Origin: a bacterium
Lineage (GTDB): Bacteria; JACRDZ01; JAQUKH01
Direction: 5' to 3'
Assembly (NCBI GenBank): GCA_028719205.1
Contig: JAQUKH010000010.1
Span: 53,440 to 73,439, forward strand
Length of the DNA: 20,000 nt
Positions within the stretch are counted from its first letter, which is position 1; every line of letters starts with the position of its first letter. Below, in pieces: positions 1 through 8,650 of this stretch. Position numbers and translations under genes: made by a program. The notes beneath the pieces are model-generated. The model was given only the letters and a program-made list of their open reading frames with translations. It ran no database searches and was not told the DNA's origin.

Positions 1-1305
1 ATATTGGATAAAGGGAATATTCCTGTTTTCGCGTGCGACCGGGATGAGACGCATCCGGTAATAGCTGGCGGAGGTGTATGCGCTTTTTTGAATCCTGAGC
101 CAGTCGCGGATTTTTTTGATTATTTTGTGATAGGCGAGGCGGAGGAAGTTTTAAGCAGGCTTATCGATATTTATGATAAAAATTATTCCGGCGGGTTTAA
201 AACAAAGAAAGAACGTGAATCGTATTTAATTGAGATCTCAAAAATTGAAGGGGTTTATGTCCCGCAGTTTTATAACTTTGTTTATAACAATAAAAATGAG
301 ATAACATCGGTAGAAGTACAAAAAGGCGCGCCGTCCAAAATAAAAAGGCTTTATATCAAGGACCTGGACAGCTTGCCGATCCTGCCGCAGATAACCAGCC
401 CGCATCTGGAATTCGGTGATATGTTCCTTTTAGAGGTCGGGAGGGGATGTCCCTTTCAGTGTAATTTCTGCGGGGCGACTTCTGTTTATAAGCCGTACCG
501 TTTTAGAAGTTTGGAGACAATAAAAAAGATCGTCAGAGGCCAGAAAGGGATAAAAACATTCGGTTTAATAAGCCCGGCTGTATCATGTTATCCAAAAATG
601 GAGGAGCTCTTCGAGCTTTTCTATTCGGAAAAAGCCAAAACGTCCTTTTCTTCGTTGAGAATAGATAAAATTGATGATAAATTGGCCCTTCTGCTGTCTG
701 AAAATAATCAGAGCACTATAACCCTGGCCCCTGAATGCGGCTCACAGCGCATGAGAAATATGGTTAATAAAAAAATAGAAGAAGAAGATATTCTTATGGC
801 CATTGAAAACCTGGCTAAGCATAAAATAAAGAATATTAAACTGTATTTTATGATAGGGCTTCCTGAGGAAAAACCGGAGGATATTGAGGCCATTTATGCC
901 TTGACACAAAAAATCAGGGATGTTACAATAACTGTTTATAAAAAGACGAAATATCTAACTAAAATAACGATCCATATTACTCCTTACGTTCCAAAGCCTC
1001 ATACCCCGTGGCAGGATATAAGTATGAGCGATGAGGAGGATTTAAGATCAAAATTGCATTTTTTACATAAATCTGTTTCAGAACTTGGATCGATCAAACT
1101 GGAAGCGGAAGATGTGAAAAACGCGATTTTGCAGTCAGTATATTCCAGAGGGGACAGGAAATTAGCCGAATTTATTATTGCGTTATCCCGTTCGGAAAAT
1201 AAGAACTGGAAAATAGCAGGCAAAAAATCAGGTTTTGCCTGGCAAAGATATTTATCAACGGAGCACTATGGTAAAATTTTGCCATGGGAACTCATAAGTG
1301 AATAG
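1..1305 (+). CDS. Radical SAM Fe-S protein (TIGR03960/YgiQ-like), 5'-truncated by window
   Basis: Frame open from base 1; CxxxCxxC motif in EVGRGCPFQCNFC; FLNPEPVADFFD..IGEAE, SLRID, TLAPECGSQRMR, LYFMIGLP and PYVPKPHTPWQ segments typical of this family. Confidence 0.85.
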   Translation: MLDKGNIPVFACDRDETHPVIAGGGVCAFLNPEPVADFFDYFVIGEAEEVLSRLIDIYDKNYSGGFKTKKERESYLIEISKIEGVYVPQFYNFVYNNKNEITSVEVQKGAPSKIKRLYIKDLDSLPILPQITSPHLEFGDMFLLEVGRGCPFQCNFCGATSVYKPYRFRSLETIKKIVRGQKGIKTFGLISPAVSCYPKMEELFELFYSEKAKTSFSSLRIDKIDDKLALLLSENNQSTITLAPECGSQRMRNMVNKKIEEEDILMAIENLAKHKIKNIKLYFMIGLPEEKPEDIEAIYALTQKIRDVTITVYKKTKYLTKITIHITPYVPKPHTPWQDISMSDEEDLRSKLHFLHKSVSELGSIKLEAEDVKNAILQSVYSRGDRKLAEFIIALSRSENKNWKIAGKKSGFAWQRYLSTEHYGKILPWELISE

Positions 1306-1324
1306 TTGACAGTGAATAGCCGAT
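1297..1324 (+). repeat. Degenerate heptamer tandem repeat (4 units)
   Basis: agtgaat-agttgac-agtgaat-agccgat; overlaps the TAG stop (1303-1305) of the radical SAM gene. Confidence 0.5.
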
Positions 1325-1354
1325 ATTAAAATTTAAAGGTTTAAATACTAAACT

Positions 1355-2743
1355 ATGGCTCAGATATTCAAAAGACGAATTGAGAATAGAAATCAGCATA
1401 TGATCTTTTTTACCAGTATGGTTATCCTTTTCATTACTGGTTATTTTAAGAGCGTTCCTAAATCATGGCTGCATTATCTTGGAAATACTACTTTGTTCTG
1501 GTCGCAGTTCAGCGCGATTTTGCACAGGTTAGCCGCGATAGCCTTCATAGTTTCCTCCCTTTACCATTTGAAGTTTTTGTTTATGAGTTCAGATGGGCGG
1601 TCTAATTTTAAAAATCTTATTTTTACCAAACAGGATATAGTTGATTTTTTTATACATGTTTTTTCCTCGCTTGGCCTTACTAAGAAAAAACTTATCAGAA
1701 AACGTTATTATTATAATGAAAAATGTGACTACTGGATCATGTTCCAGGGAACAATAATTTTTATTATTACCGGGACGATCCTCTGGCTGGAGGAATATTT
1801 CGGGAAATTTGCCATAGATATTTCTTATATACTTCATAATAAGGAGGCACTATGGGGAGTTTATGCTATTGTAGTCTGGCACTTTTTCAATCTTCATCCG
1901 GAATTTTATCTTTACGCGCGCGAGGACGCGCAGCCCTGCGGGCGTGATGAATGTGTATTTTGCGGCATTTGTGACTTATTGACCCAGGATAAAGACAGCC
2001 TTAATGTATTCCTCAGCGGCGATCAAAAGGTAGACGGCCTGACAAAAACATATACCCTTAATTTATGTATCGGCGATATGCTGACAAGGGCTAATAAGCT
2101 TAGGGAAAAGGGTATTACGTCCTGCAAGGAGGGTGTAGCAGTTTTAGCCGCTGATACAACGGTTTGTCAGTATGGCTGTATCGGCCTCGGTGATTGTGTG
2201 TTAGCCTGCAGGACGCATGCCAGGTATTTTGACGACAAAGGAAGAGGGATGGTAGACAATTCAAAATGTACCGGGTGCGAAGAGTGCATAAAGATTTGCC
2301 CGCGGAATCTTATTATCATGTATCCTAAGGAAAAACGTGTTCATATTCCTTGTAATTCGCTGGATAAAGGCACAAAGGTCAGAGAAGTATGCGCTGTCGG
2401 GTGTTTAGGCTGCGGGATATGCGTCAAGTTCTGTCCTGTTCAGGCTATTACACTCTCAAATAATCTGGCAAAAATTGATTATTCAAAATGTATTGAATGC
2501 GGTATTTGCGCGGTTAAATGCCCTCACAAAACTATTGTGGATACCACGGGCCCGAGGGCAAAAGTTAATATTCTGACAAAAGATTGTACGGGGTGTTCCG
2601 AGTGCGTGAAAGTTTGTCCTGTTAAGGCCATCCAGCCGGATACCGCGAACGCGGGTAAATTTATAGTGCTGGAAGATAAATGTATCGGATGCAAGGTTTG
2701 TATCGATAAATGTCCCACCAAATGTATTAAAATTAAATCATAG
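1355..2743 (+). CDS. Fusion of membrane cytochrome b (FdnI/CbcL-like) and RnfB-like polyferredoxin
   Basis: Residues 1-181: about four hydrophobic helices with His15, His57, His71, His161, His176 and the motif RYYYNEKCDYW..GT....TG..LW..H..EA.....VWHF. C-terminus: GITSC..CQYGCIGLGDCVLAC and CNSLDKGTKVREVCAVGCLGCGICVKFCP as in clostridial RnfB; five canonical CxxCxxCxxxCP motifs plus one variant. Confidence 0.8.
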   Translation: MAQIFKRRIENRNQHMIFFTSMVILFITGYFKSVPKSWLHYLGNTTLFWSQFSAILHRLAAIAFIVSSLYHLKFLFMSSDGRSNFKNLIFTKQDIVDFFIHVFSSLGLTKKKLIRKRYYYNEKCDYWIMFQGTIIFIITGTILWLEEYFGKFAIDISYILHNKEALWGVYAIVVWHFFNLHPEFYLYAREDAQPCGRDECVFCGICDLLTQDKDSLNVFLSGDQKVDGLTKTYTLNLCIGDMLTRANKLREKGITSCKEGVAVLAADTTVCQYGCIGLGDCVLACRTHARYFDDKGRGMVDNSKCTGCEECIKICPRNLIIMYPKEKRVHIPCNSLDKGTKVREVCAVGCLGCGICVKFCPVQAITLSNNLAKIDYSKCIECGICAVKCPHKTIVDTTGPRAKVNILTKDCTGCSECVKVCPVKAIQPDTANAGKFIVLEDKCIGCKVCIDKCPTKCIKIKS

Positions 2744-2768
2744 AGATGCCCGATTCGGACGTTTCTAT
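2740..2768. repeat. Degenerate REP-like palindrome
   Basis: ATAGAGATGCCCG-ATT-CGGACGTTTCTAT: 13-position stem with 2 G-T wobbles and 1 mismatch; resembles GTAGAGACGC..GCGTCTCTAC-type REPs; overlaps the TAG stop at 2741-2743. Confidence 0.55.
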
Positions 2769-2776
2769 AAATAAAA

Positions 2777-4339
2777 ATGTCCACTAAAAATCATCTTATC
2801 AAATCAACAACGATTATCAGCCTGAGCACGGTCTTGAGCCGGATTTTCGGGTTTATACGCGATATGGTTATAGCTAAATTTCTCGGGACCGGGATGCTCG
2901 CGGATGTGTTCCTGGCAAGCTTCGGAATCCCCAACATGATGAGGCATTTAATGGGTGAGGGTGTTCTCAGCGCGGGATTAGTTCCGGTTTTTACTGAATC
3001 TATTGAAAAAAATACAAGAGAAGAAACTAACTTGTTAATGAGCAGTTTTTTATGGATAGTTTTGATATTTTCAATTTTGGTTACTGTAATATTTATTATT
3101 TTTACTCCCTTTCTGGTAAGAATGATCCTTCCTGGTTTTATTTCTTCTCCTGAAAAAATGGAATTAACTATTAAAATAACCCGATGGTTAATACCTTACC
3201 TGATATTTATCGGCGTTTCATCATGTATGATAGGAATGCTTCATTCGTACAAATATTTTTTTGTTCCCGCGATCTCCCCCGCCGTTTTTAATTTTGGGAT
3301 TGTTATTTCATCCTTGTTTTTTGGGATTCTTTTCGATCAGCCGTTGAAAGGAATAGTAGCCGGTGTGCTTATAGGCGGTTTTATGCAGATCATGATCCAA
3401 TGGCCGATGCTGGTTCATATTGGATTTAAAATGAAGTTTGTTTTCTGGCATCCCGCGATAAAGAGGATTTTAAAAATGATCGGGCCGGCTATTTTTGCCT
3501 TGGCGGTAACAGAGATAAATATTACGATCACAAGGATTTTTGCCTCATCAGGACAGTTGGCCGGGGAGGGGGCAATTTCCATTTTATATTACGCGAACAG
3601 GTTGATCCAGTTGCCGATGGGGATTTTTACGATAGCTATCTCGACAGCTATTTTACCTACACTTTCCAGCCAGTTTATTGAAGGAGATATTGAGAAAGCA
3701 AAACTTACTATTTTATACGCGTTCCGGTTTTCTTTGTTTATAGTCATTCCTGCCACAGTGGGGCTTATTGTTTTGCGTGTCCCTATTATCCGTCTTTTGT
3801 TTGAAAGGGGCGCGTTCGGCCCGGGCGCGACCCATGATACCGCTATGGCGCTTTTATTCTACAGCCTGGGTATATTAGGTTATGTCGGCGTAAAAATAAT
3901 TATCCCGGTATTTTATTCATTAGAAGATACATTCACCCCCGCGAAAATCGCGTTACTTATATTAGTTATCAGCGTCTTTCTGGATTTTATTTTGGTCCGG
4001 TTAATGAGATTTTCGGGCCTGGCGCTCAGCATTTCTGTTTCAAATTTTATCCAACTTGGTTTTTTGATTTTCTTTTTAAAAAATAAAATCGGCCCGCTGG
4101 GATTAAAAAAGATGGTTATGCCTTTTATAAAAGTTGTAATGATCTCTTTTTTTATGGGCGCGGCCTGTTATTTGTTAATTAATTTTATCGAGAAATTCAT
4201 TGTTTTGAATTTAATAAATCAGATTTTTGAAGTAGGATTTTGTATTGCCGCGGGTATTATAATATTTTTTGGTTTATGTTATATTTTTAAACTTAAAGAA
4301 ATGGAGATCATTGGCGAAATAATTAGCAGAAAACGTTAA
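2777..4339 (+). CDS. murJ: Lipid II flippase MurJ (MviN)
   Basis: SRIFGFIRD, IPNMMRHLMGEG, YYANRLIQLPMGIF, LFERGAF; 520 aa polytopic membrane protein. Confidence 0.96.
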   Translation: MSTKNHLIKSTTIISLSTVLSRIFGFIRDMVIAKFLGTGMLADVFLASFGIPNMMRHLMGEGVLSAGLVPVFTESIEKNTREETNLLMSSFLWIVLIFSILVTVIFIIFTPFLVRMILPGFISSPEKMELTIKITRWLIPYLIFIGVSSCMIGMLHSYKYFFVPAISPAVFNFGIVISSLFFGILFDQPLKGIVAGVLIGGFMQIMIQWPMLVHIGFKMKFVFWHPAIKRILKMIGPAIFALAVTEINITITRIFASSGQLAGEGAISILYYANRLIQLPMGIFTIAISTAILPTLSSQFIEGDIEKAKLTILYAFRFSLFIVIPATVGLIVLRVPIIRLLFERGAFGPGATHDTAMALLFYSLGILGYVGVKIIIPVFYSLEDTFTPAKIALLILVISVFLDFILVRLMRFSGLALSISVSNFIQLGFLIFFLKNKIGPLGLKKMVMPFIKVVMISFFMGAACYLLINFIEKFIVLNLINQIFEVGFCIAAGIIIFFGLCYIFKLKEMEIIGEIISRKR

Positions 4340-4343
4340 AAAA

Positions 4344-4352
4344 TGATATAAT
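4344..4352 (+). promoter_or_regulatory. Extended -10 sigma70 promoter for kdsA
   Basis: TGATATAAT (TGn + perfect TATAAT) 9 nt before the kdsA ATG; no good -35. Confidence 0.5.
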
Positions 4353-4361
4353 TTAAAAGTT

Positions 4362-5198
4362 ATGAAAACCAAAGAGATCATTATAAATAAAGTAAAAATC
4401 GGCGGGGTAAATCCATTGGTTCTTATCGCGGGGCCTTGTGTTATCGAGTCAGAAAAGATTTTGTTCCTTTGCGCGGAAAAACTCTTGAAAATGACCGCAA
4501 AAATGAAAATACCTTTTATCTTTAAAGCATCCTATGATAAGGCAAACCGGTCATCAGTTGATTCATATCGCGGCCCTGGTTTTAAAAATGGTTTGAAGCT
4601 TCTTGGCAGATTAAAAAAAGAATTTAAGTTTCCTGTTACTTCTGATGTCCACTGCAAAGAAGAAATTCAAGAAGCGTCAGAGGTTTTGGATATGCTCCAG
4701 ATCCCGGCTTTGCTTTCCCGCCAGACAGATTTTATTGTAAACGCGGCAAAAACAGGGAAAGTAATAAATATAAAAAAAGGACAGTTTTTATCTCCCTGGG
4801 AGATGAAAAATGTTGTTTCTAAAATTGAGAGCGCTGGGAATGTAAATATAATATTAACTGAAAGGGGAACATCTTTTGGTTACAATAATCTTGTAGTGGA
4901 TATGCGTTCCTTGCCTTGTTTGAGGCAATTGGGATATCCGGTAGTTTTTGATGCCACGCATAGTGTCCAGCTTCCGGGAGGGTTAGGAAAATCTTCCTCA
5001 GGGCAGAGGGAATTTGTGCCGTTTTTAGCTAAATCCGCGATCGGTTGCGGCTGTGACGGAATTTTTATGGAAGTTCATGTGAATCCTGAAAAAGCTCTAT
5101 GCGATGGGCCTAATATGCTCCCGATAAAGGATTTGCCGCCTTTGTTGGAAGAATTGATGGCGATTGATGAGTTAAAAAGAAAAAAATTTTCAAGGTAG
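4362..5198 (+). CDS. kdsA: KDO-8-phosphate synthase
   Basis: IAGPCVIES, KASYDKANRSS, NIKKGQFLSP, ERGTSFGYNNLVVD, FDATHSVQLPGG, ALCDG; Cys in AGPC suggests the metal-dependent class. Confidence 0.97.
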   Translation: MKTKEIIINKVKIGGVNPLVLIAGPCVIESEKILFLCAEKLLKMTAKMKIPFIFKASYDKANRSSVDSYRGPGFKNGLKLLGRLKKEFKFPVTSDVHCKEEIQEASEVLDMLQIPALLSRQTDFIVNAAKTGKVINIKKGQFLSPWEMKNVVSKIESAGNVNIILTERGTSFGYNNLVVDMRSLPCLRQLGYPVVFDATHSVQLPGGLGKSSSGQREFVPFLAKSAIGCGCDGIFMEVHVNPEKALCDGPNMLPIKDLPPLLEELMAIDELKRKKFSR

Positions 5199-5205
5199 AA
5201 AATCA

Positions 5206-5739
5206 GTGAAAAAATTATTAACTTTTATAATTGCCGGAATCAGCGTTATATTTTTATCATGCGGAAAAGATGAAAAAATTTCTTTCGTAGAAAATAAAGT
5301 AAAGGGGCCGCAGTTAGTAATTGACAAATTTTCGATCACTGCCACGAACATGGGTAAAACGGAATGGATATTTCACGCGCGGAAGGCTGTAGTTTTTGAA
5401 GATAAAAATTTAATTGATGCTGATGAAATAAATATTGATTTTTTTATTGATAAAAAAGGGGAGGAGATATCTTCTCATTTAGTTGCCATAAAGGGAAACG
5501 TTAATACCAAGACTAATGATATGGAAGCAGTGGGAGCAGTTGTTTTAACTTCCGGAAGCGGCAATACATTATTTACAGAAAAAGTAAAGTGGCTTTCCGC
5601 AGCTCAAAAGTTTTTTACTGAGGAAGCGGTTAAAGTAGAAAAAAAAGACAGCATAATAACAGGTATCGGCATGGAGGCGGATCCGAATTTAGAAAATGTC
5701 AGGATCTTTAAGGATGTTAAAGTAGAGGCTAAAGAATGA
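5206..5739 (+). CDS. lptC: LPS export protein LptC, predicted lipoprotein
   Basis: GTG start; signal peptide ending FLS-C19; beta-jellyroll pattern (LFTEKVKW, FFTEEAVKV, ITGIGMEAD); lies directly before lptA-lptB. Confidence 0.85.
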   Translation: MKKLLTFIIAGISVIFLSCGKDEKISFVENKVKGPQLVIDKFSITATNMGKTEWIFHARKAVVFEDKNLIDADEINIDFFIDKKGEEISSHLVAIKGNVNTKTNDMEAVGAVVLTSGSGNTLFTEKVKWLSAAQKFFTEEAVKVEKKDSIITGIGMEADPNLENVRIFKDVKVEAKE

Positions 5740-6506
5740 CCATAGAAAAAAAGTTTTACAGTATTTATTGGGTAATATTATTTCTATTATTTTCATTTTC
5801 TGTAAGAGCGGAAGTGGTTGTTGATGATAATAAAAAAAAGGATAAAATAAACATAAAATCGGACAAGGTTGAGTATAATTTCAAAGAGGGAGAAGAAATC
5901 GCTGTTTTTACTGGTTCAGTTGAAATGAAAAAAGGAGACCTGACTGTTTATTCAGACAAAATGCAGATGTATTCACAGGGCAAAAAGGTTATCGGGGATG
6001 ATAATGTTAAGATCATTGTTGATAATGAAAAGGAAAACAGGGTTATGACTAGCGGGTATTATGAATATCACCGCGATGATGAATATGGTATACTTAAAAT
6101 AAATCCCAAAATGGTCATAATTAATAAAAAACAAAGTTCCGAGAAAAATAATGAAAATAAAGACAAAAAAAACGTGAAAGATTTTAAAAATTTAACTGTT
6201 ACAAGCGATGTTATGGAAATGTTCTCTAAAGAAGGTTATTCTAAAGCAATAGGGAAGGTTGTAATGGAAGAAGGAGACCGTAAGGCTTATTGTGATGAGG
6301 CTATATACTACGAGAAAGAAGATAAAGTTGTAATGACCGGTTCTCCCAGGATAGAGCAAAAAGATAATGTGTTCAATGGAGAAAAAATGATATTTTTCCT
6401 GAATGATAATAGATTAATTATTGAAGGAAAAGTCGAAGGGACAATTTTAGAAGAGGATAAAAAAAATAAAGAAGAAAAGAAAGCGGGCGATAAAATTGAG
6501 CAGTAA
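5736..6506 (+). CDS. lptA: LptA/OstA-family periplasmic LPS transport protein (long form)
   Basis: Signal peptide (VRA/E); [48 protein letters not shown] overlap with lptC and upstream of lptB. Confidence 0.85.
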   Translation: MTIEKKFYSIYWVILFLLFSFSVRAEVVVDDNKKKDKINIKSDKVEYNFKEGEEIAVFTGSVEMKKGDLTVYSDKMQMYSQGKKVIGDDNVKIIVDNEKENRVMTSGYYEYHRDDEYGILKINPKMVIINKKQSSEKNNENKDKKNVKDFKNLTVTSDVMEMFSKEGYSKAIGKVVMEEGDRKAYCDEAIYYEKEDKVVMTGSPRIEQKDNVFNGEKMIFFLNDNRLIIEGKVEGTILEEDKKNKEEKKAGDKIEQ

Positions 6507-7221
6507 ACTTAAGACAAGTAATCTGGCAAAATCATACGGGAAAAGAAAAGTAGTTAAAAATGTAAGTGTGGAAATAAACGAAGGTGAAATAGTCGGGCTT
6601 CTTGGCCCAAATGGGGCAGGCAAGACTACTACATTTTACATGACGCTCGGGTTAATAAAACCGGAAGCGGGAAATATCTTTTTAAATGATGAAGATATAA
6701 CCAACCTGCCCACATATAAAAGAGCAAGAAAAGGTATTAATTATTTGCCTCAAGAACCGTCCGTTTTCAGAAATTTAACAGTAGAAGACAATATCCGGGC
6801 TATTTTGGAATTTAATGAAACAAGTAAAACAAAAATTGAAAATCGGCTGGATAATTTATTGAAGGAATTCAGCCTGGATCATCTTAGAAGTAATTATGGG
6901 TATGCTCTTTCCGGCGGGGAAAGAAGGAGGGTTGAGATAGCAAGGTCATTAGCCTGTAATCCATCTTTTGTCCTGTTGGATGAGCCTTTTTCCGGGATCG
7001 ATCCGATTGCCGTTCTGGATATTCAGAAATTGATATATAAATTAAAAGAAAAAGGGATCGGGGTCCTGATCACGGATCATAATGTCAGGGAAACATTAGC
7101 TATAACGGACCGGGCATATATTATTGCCGCGGGAGAGATCCTGGTGTCCGGAACCGCTCAGGAACTGCTTTGCAGCGAGCAGGCCAGGAAAATTTATTTG
7201 GGCGAGAGTTTTAAGATGTAG
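6496..7221 (+). CDS. lptB: LPS export ABC transporter ATPase LptB
   Basis: TTG start; [59 protein letters not shown]. Confidence 0.97.
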   Translation: MSSKLKTSNLAKSYGKRKVVKNVSVEINEGEIVGLLGPNGAGKTTTFYMTLGLIKPEAGNIFLNDEDITNLPTYKRARKGINYLPQEPSVFRNLTVEDNIRAILEFNETSKTKIENRLDNLLKEFSLDHLRSNYGYALSGGERRRVEIARSLACNPSFVLLDEPFSGIDPIAVLDIQKLIYKLKEKGIGVLITDHNVRETLAITDRAYIIAAGEILVSGTAQELLCSEQARKIYLGESFKM

Positions 7222-7228
7222 GGAAAAT

Positions 7229-8626
7229 ATGAAAACAGGGCTTTACCAGACTATATCGCCAAAATTAGTATTAACGCCGAGATTGCAGCAGGCAATAAGT
7301 TTGCTGCAAATGTCGAATCTGGAATTGCTTTTTCATATCAGGCAGGAAATGATCCTCAATCCCTTTTTGGAAGAAGCAGCTGTTGAAGAAAATACTGAAG
7401 AAGAAAAAAAGACACAGAATGATGAAACTCTCATGGAAAATGAGAAAGAAGAAAGCGATGAAAATTTAAAGATAGAAGATTGGCAGGAATTAATTGAAAA
7501 CAATGGTGTATCATATGAAGCAAAAGATAAGATAGATTTTTTCGAAAAACCAATTGAAAATAAAACCAGTTTAATTCAGCATCTGATGTGGCAGCTGCAA
7601 ATGAGCAGGTTAACACCGGATGAGCGTTTACTGGGTGAGATAATAATCAGTGAAATTGATGAAAAAGGATATTTAAGGATTTCTCTTGAAGAATTAGCGA
7701 AAGCAGCCGATGTTCCTATTAAAGATATGGAGAGAGTTTTAAAGGTTATCCAGACATTTGAACCGGCTGGTGTGGGCGCGAGAGACCTTAAGGAATGTTT
7801 ATTACTGCAGTTAGGAGACAGGTCGGAAAATGAGAAAACAGCTAAGATATTATTAGAAGATTATCTGGAGGAAATCGAAAATAAGAATTACGGTAAAATA
7901 GCGGAAGATATAAATAAAAGTCTGGAAGAAGTGGAGAGAGCCGCTGATCTGATATCAAGTTTGAATCCTTATCCGGGAAGTGTTCTGGAAGAGATAAATA
8001 ATTTTTATATTGTGCCTGATGTTATTGTGGACAAGGTGGAAAATGAATATGTAGTTACTGTTAATGACGATCGTTTGCCGAATTTAGGTTTAAATAAATA
8101 TTATTTGAAGTTGCTGAAAAATAAAGAGAAACCATCTGATGTTTCGGAATTTCTGTCTAAAAAATTCCAGTCAGCTAATTGGCTGCTCAGCTGCATAGAG
8201 CAAAGACGGATGACTTTACTTCAAATTACGAAAGCGGTAGTAAAAAAACAGTATGAATTTTTTGAGAAAGGCTTAGAATACCTTTGTCCATTAAATCTAA
8301 AACAGATAGCGGATATAGTTGATATGCACGAATCTACCGTAAGCCGGACGGTGAGCAATAAATATGTCCAGACACCGAGGGGCATATTTGAATTAAAATT
8401 TTTCTTTTTGAAAGGTTTTAACACGATAGATAATGGATCGGTTCCGACTTTAATGGTTAAGGAATCAGTCAGGGACATAATAAAAAATGAAGTTACACCT
8501 TTAAGCGATGAAGAAATAGCAATTATATTAAAACAAAGGGGGATCAATATAGCCCGCAGGACCGTGAGCAAATACAGGGATGAGTTGAAGATCCCTACTT
8601 TAAATAAAAGAAAAGTCACGAAGTGA
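7229..8626 (+). CDS. rpoN: RNA polymerase sigma-54 factor
   Basis: Region I LTPRLQQAISLLQM, PAGVGARDLKECLLLQ, MHESTVSR, RpoN box ARRTVSKYR; start moved to ATG 7229, just after the lptB stop. Confidence 0.97.
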   Translation: MKTGLYQTISPKLVLTPRLQQAISLLQMSNLELLFHIRQEMILNPFLEEAAVEENTEEEKKTQNDETLMENEKEESDENLKIEDWQELIENNGVSYEAKDKIDFFEKPIENKTSLIQHLMWQLQMSRLTPDERLLGEIIISEIDEKGYLRISLEELAKAADVPIKDMERVLKVIQTFEPAGVGARDLKECLLLQLGDRSENEKTAKILLEDYLEEIENKNYGKIAEDINKSLEEVERAADLISSLNPYPGSVLEEINNFYIVPDVIVDKVENEYVVTVNDDRLPNLGLNKYYLKLLKNKEKPSDVSEFLSKKFQSANWLLSCIEQRRMTLLQITKAVVKKQYEFFEKGLEYLCPLNLKQIADIVDMHESTVSRTVSNKYVQTPRGIFELKFFFLKGFNTIDNGSVPTLMVKESVRDIIKNEVTPLSDEEIAIILKQRGINIARRTVSKYRDELKIPTLNKRKVTK

Positions 8627-8636
8627 CCACTTCGTG
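8617..8636. repeat. Perfect 9-bp inverted repeat at the rpoN/hpf junction
   Basis: CACGAAGTG-AC-CACTTCGTG; covers the rpoN TGA and ends just before the hpf SD (AAAGGAG 8638-8644). Confidence 0.7.
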
Positions 8637-8650
8637 GAAAGGAGACATTA

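Noticed and set aside
1306-1332. TTGACA promoter for the fusion gene
   Set aside because: Best -10 (TAAAAT) is only 15 nt away and the TTGACA is part of the heptamer repeat; left uncalled.
1877-1891. TGGCAC sigma-54 -24 box
   Set aside because: Inside a CDS and lacks the TTGC -12 element.
1355-2743. Assigning gene symbol rnfB or fdnI
   Set aside because: Each matches only half of the protein and partner genes are absent.
7124-7228. N-terminal extension of rpoN
   Set aside because: Lies inside lptB; sigma-54 region I starts after ATG 7229.
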